Assembly: GCA_021373015.1 (NCBI GenBank)
Contig: JAJFTJ010000014.1
Coordinates: 10,927 to 74,926 of the forward strand
Origin: Nitrospiraceae bacterium
GTDB lineage: Bacteria > Nitrospirota > Thermodesulfovibrionia > Thermodesulfovibrionales > UBA1546
Direction of reading: 5' to 3'
Length of the DNA stretch: 64,000 bases
Positions 9,835 through 18,168 of the stretch are shown here, one piece after another. Position 1 is the stretch's first letter. Every line of letters starts with the position of its first letter. Under the pieces are notes generated by a model that saw nothing but the letters and a program-made list of their open reading frames with translations, searched no databases and was not told the origin of the DNA. The translations under genes were made by a program, and so were the position numbers.

Positions 9835-11712
9835 TTACCTTTTCAGCAATCCTTGCACTGTCGGGAAGAGCCCTATATTCGTATGCGGGAGGAAGAGAGC
9901 TGACATATATTCGTCCATAAAATTCCTTGAGGTTGAAAGTTCTATGTAGGTCATTTTTCTCGCAATATCCTCTGCCTCTTTCCGAAGCCTCTCTGAGAGT
10001 ACGCAAAGATATGCTCCTGTTATAGATGTATTGCCGAGAAACTTGAACTTTTCTCTTGGAAGGTCAGGGAGCATTCCGAGTATGACTGCTTTTTCAACAT
10101 CAAGAAAATTCCCAAAGCCGCCTGCAATATAGATGTGCTCTATGTTATCGAGAGTAAAACCAACTTCTTTTATGAGCAGAGAAACCCCTGCGTACATCGC
10201 TGCCTTTGCTCTTAGAATGTTTTCAATGTCAACTTCTGTGAGTACAATATCCCTTTTGCCTTTGTATAGCACGAACTCCATCCCATCTTCTGATTTCTGT
10301 ATCCTGTCAGTTTTATGGGAGGTTACAAATTTCCCTTTCATGTCTATAGCGCCTTTTAAGAACATCTCTGCAATGGCATCAATCATTCCTGATCCGCAGA
10401 TTCCTGAAGGATTTACATTCCCTATAACTTTAAGTTTGGGCTCAAATGTATCAGCATCAAGCTTTACATCCTCGATTGCACCTTCAGTTGCCCGCATTCC
10501 GTGTTTTATTCCGCTTCCTTCAAAACACGGACCTGCCGAACACGCTGCTGTTACAAGCCATTCATTATTTCCTATTGCGATCTCGCCGTTTGTGCCAATA
10601 TCCATAAACAAAGATATGTCTTTGCTTCGGTGCATATTAGATGCAAGCACTCCAGAGACAATATCTCCGCCCACGTAACTTGCAATGCATGGCAGTGTAT
10701 AAACAGGCGCACTTGAATTAATCTGGATATTTGCCTTATCCGCCTTCCACAACGGGAAAAAATTAGCTGTCGGAATATAGGGTTCTTCTCTTATATGTCT
10801 TGGGTCAAGGCCCCAAAATATATGCAACATTATTGTATTGCCTGAGATAACTGCTGATTCGATCGAATTGTTTTTAAGATTGTGAGTTTCGATAATGGTC
10901 TGGATAATGTCGTTTATATCTTCGACAACTTCTTCTCTCAGTTCATTAAGTCCGTTTTTTTCAGTGGCGTAAATAATTCTGGTGATGACGTCATCTCCGA
11001 ATTTGATCTGAGAATTATAGGTTGAGCCTGTATCAATAAGCTTTCCTGTATTTAAATCAACTAAATATACGACTATTGTTGTTGTCCCTATATCTACTGC
11101 AGCAGCGTATCTGTGTTTTCCTGAGTCTTCATCGATAAAAAGCGCTTCTTCATCATAATATGCAAGATTTATTGACCAAGCGCGCTTTCTTGCCTTGTCT
11201 GCAAAGCTAAGAATAAAGTCATAAGGAAAATGTATCTCGCTGATTCCATTTAGAAGCAGTTCTCTTTTTATTCTCTCGAGGTCGCTGATGTTATCTTCGA
11301 TTGTTGGAGGAGTAAGCTTAAGGTCGAGTCTTTTTACCAAAGGCGTGATTACGCCGTCCATTTTTTTGAAAAGTTCAGCAAGATCTCCTGATCTTGAAAT
11401 AGCGATCTTATCGCCGATAACAAGTTTTGAATCCTCAGGAATTTCTATCAGCATGTCTGTCTTGGGGAATGTCCGGCACGCAAGCAAAATGCCTTTATCT
11501 TTATTTGTCTTTGAAAGTTTTCCTGTTTGTTCTGATCTGTAATCGCCTTCAAGTATCTGAATTTTGCACTTGCCGCATGTGCCTTTGCCGCCGCAATGCG
11601 CATTAAGGTATATCTTGTTTTTTTTCAGGGCAATAAGGAGGCTCTCATCAGAAGATGCGTTAAAACTTTTTCCTGTTGAAAGTTTAATCTGCATAATTGA
11701 ATTAATCTTCAT
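9835..11712 (-). CDS. 2Fe-2S ferredoxin / ASKHA ATPase fusion, RACo-like reductive activator of corrinoid proteins (DUF4445)
   Basis: N-terminal plant-type ferredoxin (HCGGKGTCGKCK). C-terminal ASKHA-type segments (AVDIGTTTIV, DIGTNGEI, AGGFGN). 625 aa, as for RACo. Confidence 0.75.
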   Translation of the reverse strand: MKINSIMQIKLSTGKSFNASSDESLLIALKKNKIYLNAHCGGKGTCGKCKIQILEGDYRSEQTGKLSKTNKDKGILLACRTFPKTDMLIEIPEDSKLVIGDKIAISRSGDLAELFKKMDGVITPLVKRLDLKLTPPTIEDNISDLERIKRELLLNGISEIHFPYDFILSFADKARKRAWSINLAYYDEEALFIDEDSGKHRYAAAVDIGTTTIVVYLVDLNTGKLIDTGSTYNSQIKFGDDVITRIIYATEKNGLNELREEVVEDINDIIQTIIETHNLKNNSIESAVISGNTIMLHIFWGLDPRHIREEPYIPTANFFPLWKADKANIQINSSAPVYTLPCIASYVGGDIVSGVLASNMHRSKDISLFMDIGTNGEIAIGNNEWLVTAACSAGPCFEGSGIKHGMRATEGAIEDVKLDADTFEPKLKVIGNVNPSGICGSGMIDAIAEMFLKGAIDMKGKFVTSHKTDRIQKSEDGMEFVLYKGKRDIVLTEVDIENILRAKAAMYAGVSLLIKEVGFTLDNIEHIYIAGGFGNFLDVEKAVILGMLPDLPREKFKFLGNTSITGAYLCVLSERLRKEAEDIARKMTYIELSTSRNFMDEYMSALFLPHTNIGLFPTVQGLLKR

Positions 11713-11855
11713 TCACAGGTTTGGTGTTCGAGCGGATTTATCCCGAAAGCTTTCAGGATAACTTGCAATCCCGATTTTATCGGAGCGAGAATGAGCGAGA
11801 ATCCTAACCCTGCAAATATTAACCTCGCCAGTCTTTTATTAAATATCGAACTAAA

Positions 11856-12884
11856 TTACCGCTGCTCTGCCATCTTGATAAGTTCTTCTGCTATCTGAAC
11901 GGCGTTAAGCGCTGCGCCTTTTCTCAGGTTATCAGACACAACCCAGAGATTTATCCCGTTTGCTATGGATTCGTCTTCCCGTATCCTGCCGACATATGTC
12001 TCGTCTCTTCCTGCAGCTGCAACCGGCAGAGGATAGATATTTTTTTCAGGCGCATCAAAAACAATAATGCCAGGAGCTTTGGAAAGTATCACTCTCACAT
12101 CAACAGCAGTAAGTTTTTTTTCTGTCTCTATGTTTACGCTCTCTGAATGGCATCTGAAAACAGGAACACGCACTGTTGTTGCAGTGACTTTGATGGAATT
12201 GTCTCCCATTATTTTTTTTGTCTCATTTACCATCTTCATCTCTTCTTTCGTATATCCGTTCTCAAGGAACTTATCTATATGCGGGAGAACATTGAATGCT
12301 ATCTGGTGCGGATAGACATTGCATTTTATCTCTTTAAAATTCAGGATATCTGTTGTCTGATGGAGAAGTTCATCCATTGCTTTCTTCCCTGTACCCGAGA
12401 CCGCTTGGAATGTTGTTACAACAACACGTTTTATCCTGGCCGCATCATGTATTGGTTTTAAGGCAACAACCATCTGTATGGTCGAGCAATTTGGATTTGC
12501 GATTATTCCCTTATGCTTTTTAATATCGTGCTTGTTCACCTCAGGCACAACCAGAGGAACCTCGGGGTCCATTCTCCACTGGCTGGAATTATCAACAACA
12601 ACACATCCTGATTTTGCCGCGATCGGCGCCCATATCTTCGAGCGTTCCGCGCCTGCAGAAAAAAGCGCTATATCAATCCCCCTAAAAGAATCTTCTTTCA
12701 GCGATTCAACAGACACATTCTTCCCGTGAAATTCGAGTGTTTTTCCCTCTGATCTCTCTGATGCAAAAAGTCTTAATTTTTCAACAGGAAAGTCTCTCTG
12801 TTCAAGAGTTGCAATCATCTCATTTCCGACTGCGCCTGTTGCTCCTACAATAGCAGCAACATATTTTTTCTTTTTCTTGATCAT
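11856..12884 (-). CDS. asd: aspartate-semialdehyde dehydrogenase
   Basis: GATGAVG NAD-binding N-terminus, active-site NPNCSTIQMV, C-terminal LRKGAALNAVQIAE. Confidence 0.93.
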   Translation of the reverse strand: MIKKKKKYVAAIVGATGAVGNEMIATLEQRDFPVEKLRLFASERSEGKTLEFHGKNVSVESLKEDSFRGIDIALFSAGAERSKIWAPIAAKSGCVVVDNSSQWRMDPEVPLVVPEVNKHDIKKHKGIIANPNCSTIQMVVALKPIHDAARIKRVVVTTFQAVSGTGKKAMDELLHQTTDILNFKEIKCNVYPHQIAFNVLPHIDKFLENGYTKEEMKMVNETKKIMGDNSIKVTATTVRVPVFRCHSESVNIETEKKLTAVDVRVILSKAPGIIVFDAPEKNIYPLPVAAAGRDETYVGRIREDESIANGINLWVVSDNLRKGAALNAVQIAEELIKMAEQR

Positions 12885-12934
12885 CTATGTACTCCCTCTT
12901 TTCTAAGCAAGTTGCATTAATTTATCACATTGAA

Positions 12935-12966
12935 GTAAAAAATTTCTATGCTTTGCAGCTGCATAG
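12935..12966 (-). terminator. candidate intrinsic terminator downstream of hisI
   Basis: Minus-strand reading gives CTATGC-AGCTGCAAA-GCATAG hairpin, then AAATTTTTT. Short stem, and the U-run is offset by 3 nt. Confidence 0.35.
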
Positions 12967-13072
12967 TGAAACTTTGTTTCTGAGATTTTTGTTTGTGAAC
13001 ACGATCAGAAAATATAGTTGGGAGCAGAATACATTAATAATGACAACAGAAAAAACTGAACTGCGGAATAAT

Positions 13073-13396
13073 TTATTCTTTTGTTATCTTCCTGTAAAAA
13101 CAGGTTCTGTTTCCAGTGTGGCATGCGCCTGCTCCGTGCTGGATGACCTTTATTAAAAGAGTATCCTCATCACAGTCGTACCATATCTCCTGAACAGCCT
13201 GAACATGCCCTGAGGTCTCGCCTTTCATCCAGTATTTTTTTCTTGAACGGGACCAGAAGTGGGTAAATCCTGTGTTCAGTGTTTTTTCGAGCGAGGTCTT
13301 GTCCATATAAGCCATCATCAGCACATCGTTTGTACTTGCATCCTGCACTATTGCTGGGATTAACCCGCTCTCGTTGAATTTTAACTGCGGTATCAT
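13073..13396 (-). CDS. hisI: phosphoribosyl-AMP cyclohydrolase HisI
   Basis: [49 protein letters not shown] motifs. 107 aa, monofunctional. Confidence 0.9.
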   Translation of the reverse strand: MIPQLKFNESGLIPAIVQDASTNDVLMMAYMDKTSLEKTLNTGFTHFWSRSRKKYWMKGETSGHVQAVQEIWYDCDEDTLLIKVIQHGAGACHTGNRTCFYRKITKE

Positions 13397-13545
13397 AACT
13401 CCTCCCTAAAAACTTAAATAAAGAATGAAATAAATTATAACATAGCATGCTCCTTGCTGTTTTAATAAAATATTATTGACCATTGTAATAACGAATTTAT
13501 TTTGCCGTTGAATTCGCAAATGCGAACAGGCAAAATACCACTGAA

Positions 13546-16206
13546 ATGAAAAACACTGTTATTCATGAAATTTTTCTGAAAAATCAGGAAATGTTCGGAC
13601 AGAAAATTGCGTTCAATTATTTTGATTCAACATGGCATTCAGTAACTTACAATGATTTTATCACCAGCTCAAGATCAATTGCAGCGCATCTTCTAAATTC
13701 TGGGTTAAAAAAAGGCGACCGAATAGCAATCATTTCGGAGAACCGCCCAGAGTGGTGCATTGCTTATACAGGGATCATCATGGCCGGAGGGATTGCTGTT
13801 CCGATAGACGCACAGCTTCTTCCTGATGCTGTAAAAAATCTTCTTGCTGATTCTGAATCCGAAATCGTCTTCTGCAGTGATAAAACAGCGGCAAATATCA
13901 GTAATTCAGTAAAAACAAAAAAAATAAATTTCGACTCGCCTGAATTCAAACTCGTGATTGAATCAAACGTCTGCTTTGATCTTCCAGAAGTAAAATTCGA
14001 GGATGTTGCGTCGATAATATACACTTCAGGAACAACAGGCATTCCAAAAGGCGTGATGCTTATACACAAGAATTTTTTGTCCGATGCAGACGCTGTTATC
14101 AAGTCCGGAATTATTAAAGAATCCGACAGCGTGCTTTCTGTCCTGCCGCTTCACCACACATATCCTTTTATGTGTACATTCATAGTTCCTATGATACTAG
14201 GAGGAAGAGTTGTATATTCACCCAGCCTTAAAGGTTCTGACATTATCTCATCAATACATGATAAGTCTGTTACGATCTTGCTTGCAGTGCCGCAGCTGCT
14301 CGAATTAATCAGAAACAATATTACAACAAAAATTAAACAGCTTCCATTTCCTTTTTCTTCGATTATCAGCGCTGGATTAGGCGTCTGTAAAGTACTCAGA
14401 ATAATGTCAGGGTTGAATATTGGAAAGATGCTTTTCTCTTCTGTTCACAAAAAACTCGGGAAACAGTTCAGACTTATGGCAAGCGGAGGGGCAAGACTTG
14501 ATCCACAGGTAATGAGAGACCTCGAAGGAATAGGATTTACTGTTATTGAAGGCTACGGCCTGACTGAAACATCTCCTGTTCTTACTTTTAATCCGATAAG
14601 CAGATCAAAGATCGGCTCTGTTGGAAAACCGTTATCTTCAGTTGAAATAAGAATCATCGACACAGCAACAGGAAAAATCTTAGAAACCCGCGAGCAGGGT
14701 GAGATTGCCGTAAGAGGCCCAATGGTAATGAAAGGTTATTACAAAAATCCCGATGAGACAAACAAGGTGATAAGAGACAACTGGTTTTTCACAGGCGATA
14801 TAGGATTTCTGGATAAAGAAAATTATCTCTATATAACCAACCGCATTAAAGAAGTTATTGTCCTTTCTTCAGGCAAAAATATTTATCCTGTGGAAATTGA
14901 AAAGACATATTTAAAAATACCTTTAATCAAGGAGATATGCGTTACAGAAGCAGGAGGACAAAAAAGCGGGGATTTTTTGCACGCAGTTATTGTTCCTGAT
15001 TTTGAATATGCAAAGAAAAATCATATTTCGAATATTCTTGAACATTTAAAATGGAAAACAAATAAAATTTCGCATACCCTTCCTGAATATATGCGCATTA
15101 AAGGGTTCACGCTTTATACAGAATCTCTTCCAAAAACTCCGCTCGGGAAATTAAGACGGTTCATGATCAAAGACCTTATCAAACCTGACACTGTAAAAGA
15201 AAAAACAGGGGATGACATTCTATTGATAGATGATAAAACAGGAAAACATCTATTGAAATGCATTAAGACAGTGACACACGAGCACATTGCTGTCCAAGCA
15301 AAAGACAATCTTGAGTTCGACCTTGGATTTGATTCTTTAAAAAAAATAGAGCTTATAGCCTGCCTTGAAAAAGAATTCTCGTTAAATCTTCCTGTAACAT
15401 TCTTTACAGACATACAGACAGTGGAAGAACTTTTCCAAAAAATTAAAGCATTCAGGTTAAAGCAGGATGCAGCAGATATTACTGCAATTCCTGATGAGAT
15501 TGGATTCACAGGAATACTCCTTCAGGAGCCTGCTGACATCGAGAAAAAAGCCGTTGGCCTGAAGCAAAACAGAATCGAATGGGCTGTCTTATCACTGCTT
15601 CTTTTACTTATTAAGTTATCTGCAAAGCTTTTCTTCAGACTTGAAGTAAAAGGGATTAATAATCTCTTAAAAACAAAATTCATTATTGCAGCTAATCACT
15701 GCAGTTTTCTGGACGCTTTTCTTATTGCTGCTGCAATGCCCTTTGATGTTTTTAAAAATCTTTATTTTTTGGGGCTCAGAAAATTTTTTAAAAATAAATT
15801 GGCGTCATGCTTTGCAAGGATATCGCATGTTATACAGATTGACCCTGACATGTATATTACCAAGGCGCTTCAGCTCTCGGCATACGCATTGAGGATGAAC
15901 AAGAATCTCTGTATCTTCCCTGAAGGCGGAAGGTCTTTTGACGGAAAACTGATGGAATTCAAAAAAGGCATAGGTGTTCTGGCAATCGAAATGGATGTGC
16001 CTGTTGTCCCATGTTTTATAAAAGGCAGTTTTGAGGCAATGCCAGCAGGCTCGTTTATAATAAAACCAAAAAAAATAATAATTAATTTCGGAAAGGCTCT
16101 AAATCCGGATGAAATGGATTTTACTAAAAAACAGGAGAATATTGATAACCATCAGTTTTTTGCAGATGAGCTAAGAAAAAAGGTTGAAGAACTCTCACAC
16201 AGATGA
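13546..16206 (+). CDS. tri-domain acyl-activating enzyme: AMP-dependent synthetase + carrier-protein domain + PlsC-type lysophospholipid acyltransferase
   Basis: Adenylation motifs YTSGTTGIPKGV, GYGLTETS, TGDIG. Carrier motif LGFDSLKKIEL. Acyltransferase motifs NHCSFLD (HX4D) and FPEGGRS. 886 aa. Confidence 0.8.
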   Translation: MKNTVIHEIFLKNQEMFGQKIAFNYFDSTWHSVTYNDFITSSRSIAAHLLNSGLKKGDRIAIISENRPEWCIAYTGIIMAGGIAVPIDAQLLPDAVKNLLADSESEIVFCSDKTAANISNSVKTKKINFDSPEFKLVIESNVCFDLPEVKFEDVASIIYTSGTTGIPKGVMLIHKNFLSDADAVIKSGIIKESDSVLSVLPLHHTYPFMCTFIVPMILGGRVVYSPSLKGSDIISSIHDKSVTILLAVPQLLELIRNNITTKIKQLPFPFSSIISAGLGVCKVLRIMSGLNIGKMLFSSVHKKLGKQFRLMASGGARLDPQVMRDLEGIGFTVIEGYGLTETSPVLTFNPISRSKIGSVGKPLSSVEIRIIDTATGKILETREQGEIAVRGPMVMKGYYKNPDETNKVIRDNWFFTGDIGFLDKENYLYITNRIKEVIVLSSGKNIYPVEIEKTYLKIPLIKEICVTEAGGQKSGDFLHAVIVPDFEYAKKNHISNILEHLKWKTNKISHTLPEYMRIKGFTLYTESLPKTPLGKLRRFMIKDLIKPDTVKEKTGDDILLIDDKTGKHLLKCIKTVTHEHIAVQAKDNLEFDLGFDSLKKIELIACLEKEFSLNLPVTFFTDIQTVEELFQKIKAFRLKQDAADITAIPDEIGFTGILLQEPADIEKKAVGLKQNRIEWAVLSLLLLLIKLSAKLFFRLEVKGINNLLKTKFIIAANHCSFLDAFLIAAAMPFDVFKNLYFLGLRKFFKNKLASCFARISHVIQIDPDMYITKALQLSAYALRMNKNLCIFPEGGRSFDGKLMEFKKGIGVLAIEMDVPVVPCFIKGSFEAMPAGSFIIKPKKIIINFGKALNPDEMDFTKKQENIDNHQFFADELRKKVEELSHR

Positions 16207-17127
16207 TCTTAGCAATGCCTTGTACTTTTTCCCCTGAAATGCGCCTCTTTCTTCAAATCTTTTTTCGATATCGAGAGTAAGTCCATGCCTGCTTCTGTCC
16301 CATCTTGGAGCAATCAATATCTCATCCGGCGCTGTTGCAAAAAGCCTCTGAAGCACAATATCAGGTGAAAGCCTTTCTATAAAATCGACCACAAAATCAA
16401 TATAGTCTTCATAGCCGAATGTGTGAAACTGCTTTTCTTTATACATGAGAGCCAAGGGTGTATCCTTAATTATCTGTAGCTGGTGAATCTTGAGAAATTC
16501 TATTCCTGTTGTCGAGATTTCATCCGCCATGCTCAACATCTCTTCCCTCGTTTCAGTTGGAAAACCAGCAATCAGATGAGCTCCGATAAAAATTCCTTTC
16601 CCCTGCGTTAATGAAACTGCATCCAGAAATGTCTTATAGTCATGTCCTCTCTGTATAAATTCAAGGCTTTTTTCATAGATTGACTGGACTCCGTATTCGA
16701 CCAGTACAAAATATTTTTTTGCCAGTTCTTGAAGCAGTTTAATCTTATCTTCGTCAATGCAGTCAGGTCTGGTTCCTATTGCCAGCCCTATGACTGACGG
16801 TTCTTGCAAAGCCTCTGTGTAGAGCTTTTCCAAAACTTCTACAGAAGCATATGTGTTTGAATATGGCTGGAAATAGACAAGAAATTTTTGGACATTATAC
16901 CTTCTGCTCATGTATTCAATGCCGCTTTTTATCTGTTCTTTTATTGTTAGCGCTGGCCTGCAGGAACTCGGTTTGAAACTCTCGTTGTTGCAGTAGATAC
17001 AGCCTGAGAAGCCGAGCGTGCCGTCTCTATTGGGACATGTGAAGCCTGCATCGACATTTACTTTGTAAACAGGAGCTCCGAATTTTTTCTTCATATAGGA
17101 ACCAAATGCATTAAATCTCTGCTTCAT
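16195..17127 (-). CDS. radical SAM protein, TIGR01212/YhcC-like family
   Basis: 310 aa. N-terminal Cys cluster FTCPNRDG...GCIYCN and TIM-barrel-like length and pattern. 3' end overlaps the convergent gene by 12 nt. Confidence 0.75.
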   Translation of the reverse strand: MKQRFNAFGSYMKKKFGAPVYKVNVDAGFTCPNRDGTLGFSGCIYCNNESFKPSSCRPALTIKEQIKSGIEYMSRRYNVQKFLVYFQPYSNTYASVEVLEKLYTEALQEPSVIGLAIGTRPDCIDEDKIKLLQELAKKYFVLVEYGVQSIYEKSLEFIQRGHDYKTFLDAVSLTQGKGIFIGAHLIAGFPTETREEMLSMADEISTTGIEFLKIHQLQIIKDTPLALMYKEKQFHTFGYEDYIDFVVDFIERLSPDIVLQRLFATAPDEILIAPRWDRSRHGLTLDIEKRFEERGAFQGKKYKALLRSSV

Positions 17128-17236
17128 GTTTAATTATCTATTTTTATGCAGAACACTGTCAACAAAGGTTTCTTCTGATAGCAATCAATGTTATAGTGTT
17201 ATAATATTATTAACAAATCCAGTTTATTGGAGAAGA

Positions 17237-18166
17237 ATGAAAACACTTGTCCAGGCAAAAAACTACCTTGTGACAATAGGCCTTTTTCTCATAATGGTTA
17301 CTGTTGCATCCCTCCATGTAACGCTCGGCGAACTTCATACAAAACACGAGGAACTCGCTGCTGCAATGGGACGCTCATTCTTCCAGACCTTTGTTGCAGC
17401 AAGAAGATGGAACGCAGATCATAACGGAGTTTATGTTCCTGTAACTAAGGGGTTTATGCCAAACCTTTATCTGGACGATCCATTAAGAGATCTCACAGCA
17501 ACAAACGGGATGAAACTCACCAAAGTAAATCCTGCCTATATGACAAGACTTATTTCAGAGGTTCTCCAGCAAAAACAGGGGATACAGGTACATATTACAA
17601 GTCTCAAACTGCTAAGACCTGCAAATAAGGCTGATGAATGGGAAACAAAAGCCCTTGAGAATTTTGAAAAAGACAAAAAAGAAGAATATGCTGTGATCGG
17701 ATCCCGTGAAAAATCAACATTCAGATATATGGCTCCGTTAAAAGTTGAAAAGCCTTGCTTGAAATGTCATGGGAAACAGGGATATAAAGAAGGCGATATC
17801 AGAGGCGGAATAACTGTCAACTTTTCTTATGAACCTTTTTATAAAATAATCAGAGCTCACCAGCTTAATACATTCATTATACACCTCATATTTCTGGCCA
17901 TAGGTTTGTTCATAACATTTTTTTTAGGTAAAAAACTGATTTCCAGTATAGAGGAATTACAGAATGCACAGCAGCAGATCAGAAAACTGGAAGGCATACT
18001 TCCAATCTGTTCCAGCTGCAAAAAAATACGAACGAAGAAGGCAGCAGAGCACGGGGAAAAATCATGGGTTGCAATCGAGGAGTATATAAGCGACAGAACT
18101 GATGCAGAGTTTTCACACGGCATCTGTCCTGATTGCATGAAAAAGCTTTACCCAAATATAAAATAA
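17237..18166 (+). CDS. membrane sensor: DUF3365 (Tll0287-like haem-c domain) + TM + coiled coil + C-terminal Cys/His zinc-ribbon-like module
   Basis: Start at the ATG preceded by GGAGAAG. TM1, then a DUF3365-like region with CLKCH (nt 17756-17770), then TM2. The tail ILPICSSCKKIR...W..IEEYI....AEFSHGICPDCMKKLYP spans nt 17987-18163. Confidence 0.75.
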   Translation: MKTLVQAKNYLVTIGLFLIMVTVASLHVTLGELHTKHEELAAAMGRSFFQTFVAARRWNADHNGVYVPVTKGFMPNLYLDDPLRDLTATNGMKLTKVNPAYMTRLISEVLQQKQGIQVHITSLKLLRPANKADEWETKALENFEKDKKEEYAVIGSREKSTFRYMAPLKVEKPCLKCHGKQGYKEGDIRGGITVNFSYEPFYKIIRAHQLNTFIIHLIFLAIGLFITFFLGKKLISSIEELQNAQQQIRKLEGILPICSSCKKIRTKKAAEHGEKSWVAIEEYISDRTDAEFSHGICPDCMKKLYPNIK

Positions 18167-18168
18167 AT

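Noticed and set aside
11713-11855. Considered a cobalamin riboswitch upstream of the RACo-like gene.
   Set aside because: I could not find a B12-box-like element or the expected multi-helix junction. Only short local hairpins are present, so it is kept as a low-interest structured spacer.
12887-13156. 89-aa plus-strand ORF in the asd-hisI spacer, overlapping the hisI 3' end.
   Set aside because: No RBS, low-complexity sequence, overlaps the hisI coding region in antisense. The spacer is better explained by a hisI terminator-like hairpin and the asd promoter/RBS.
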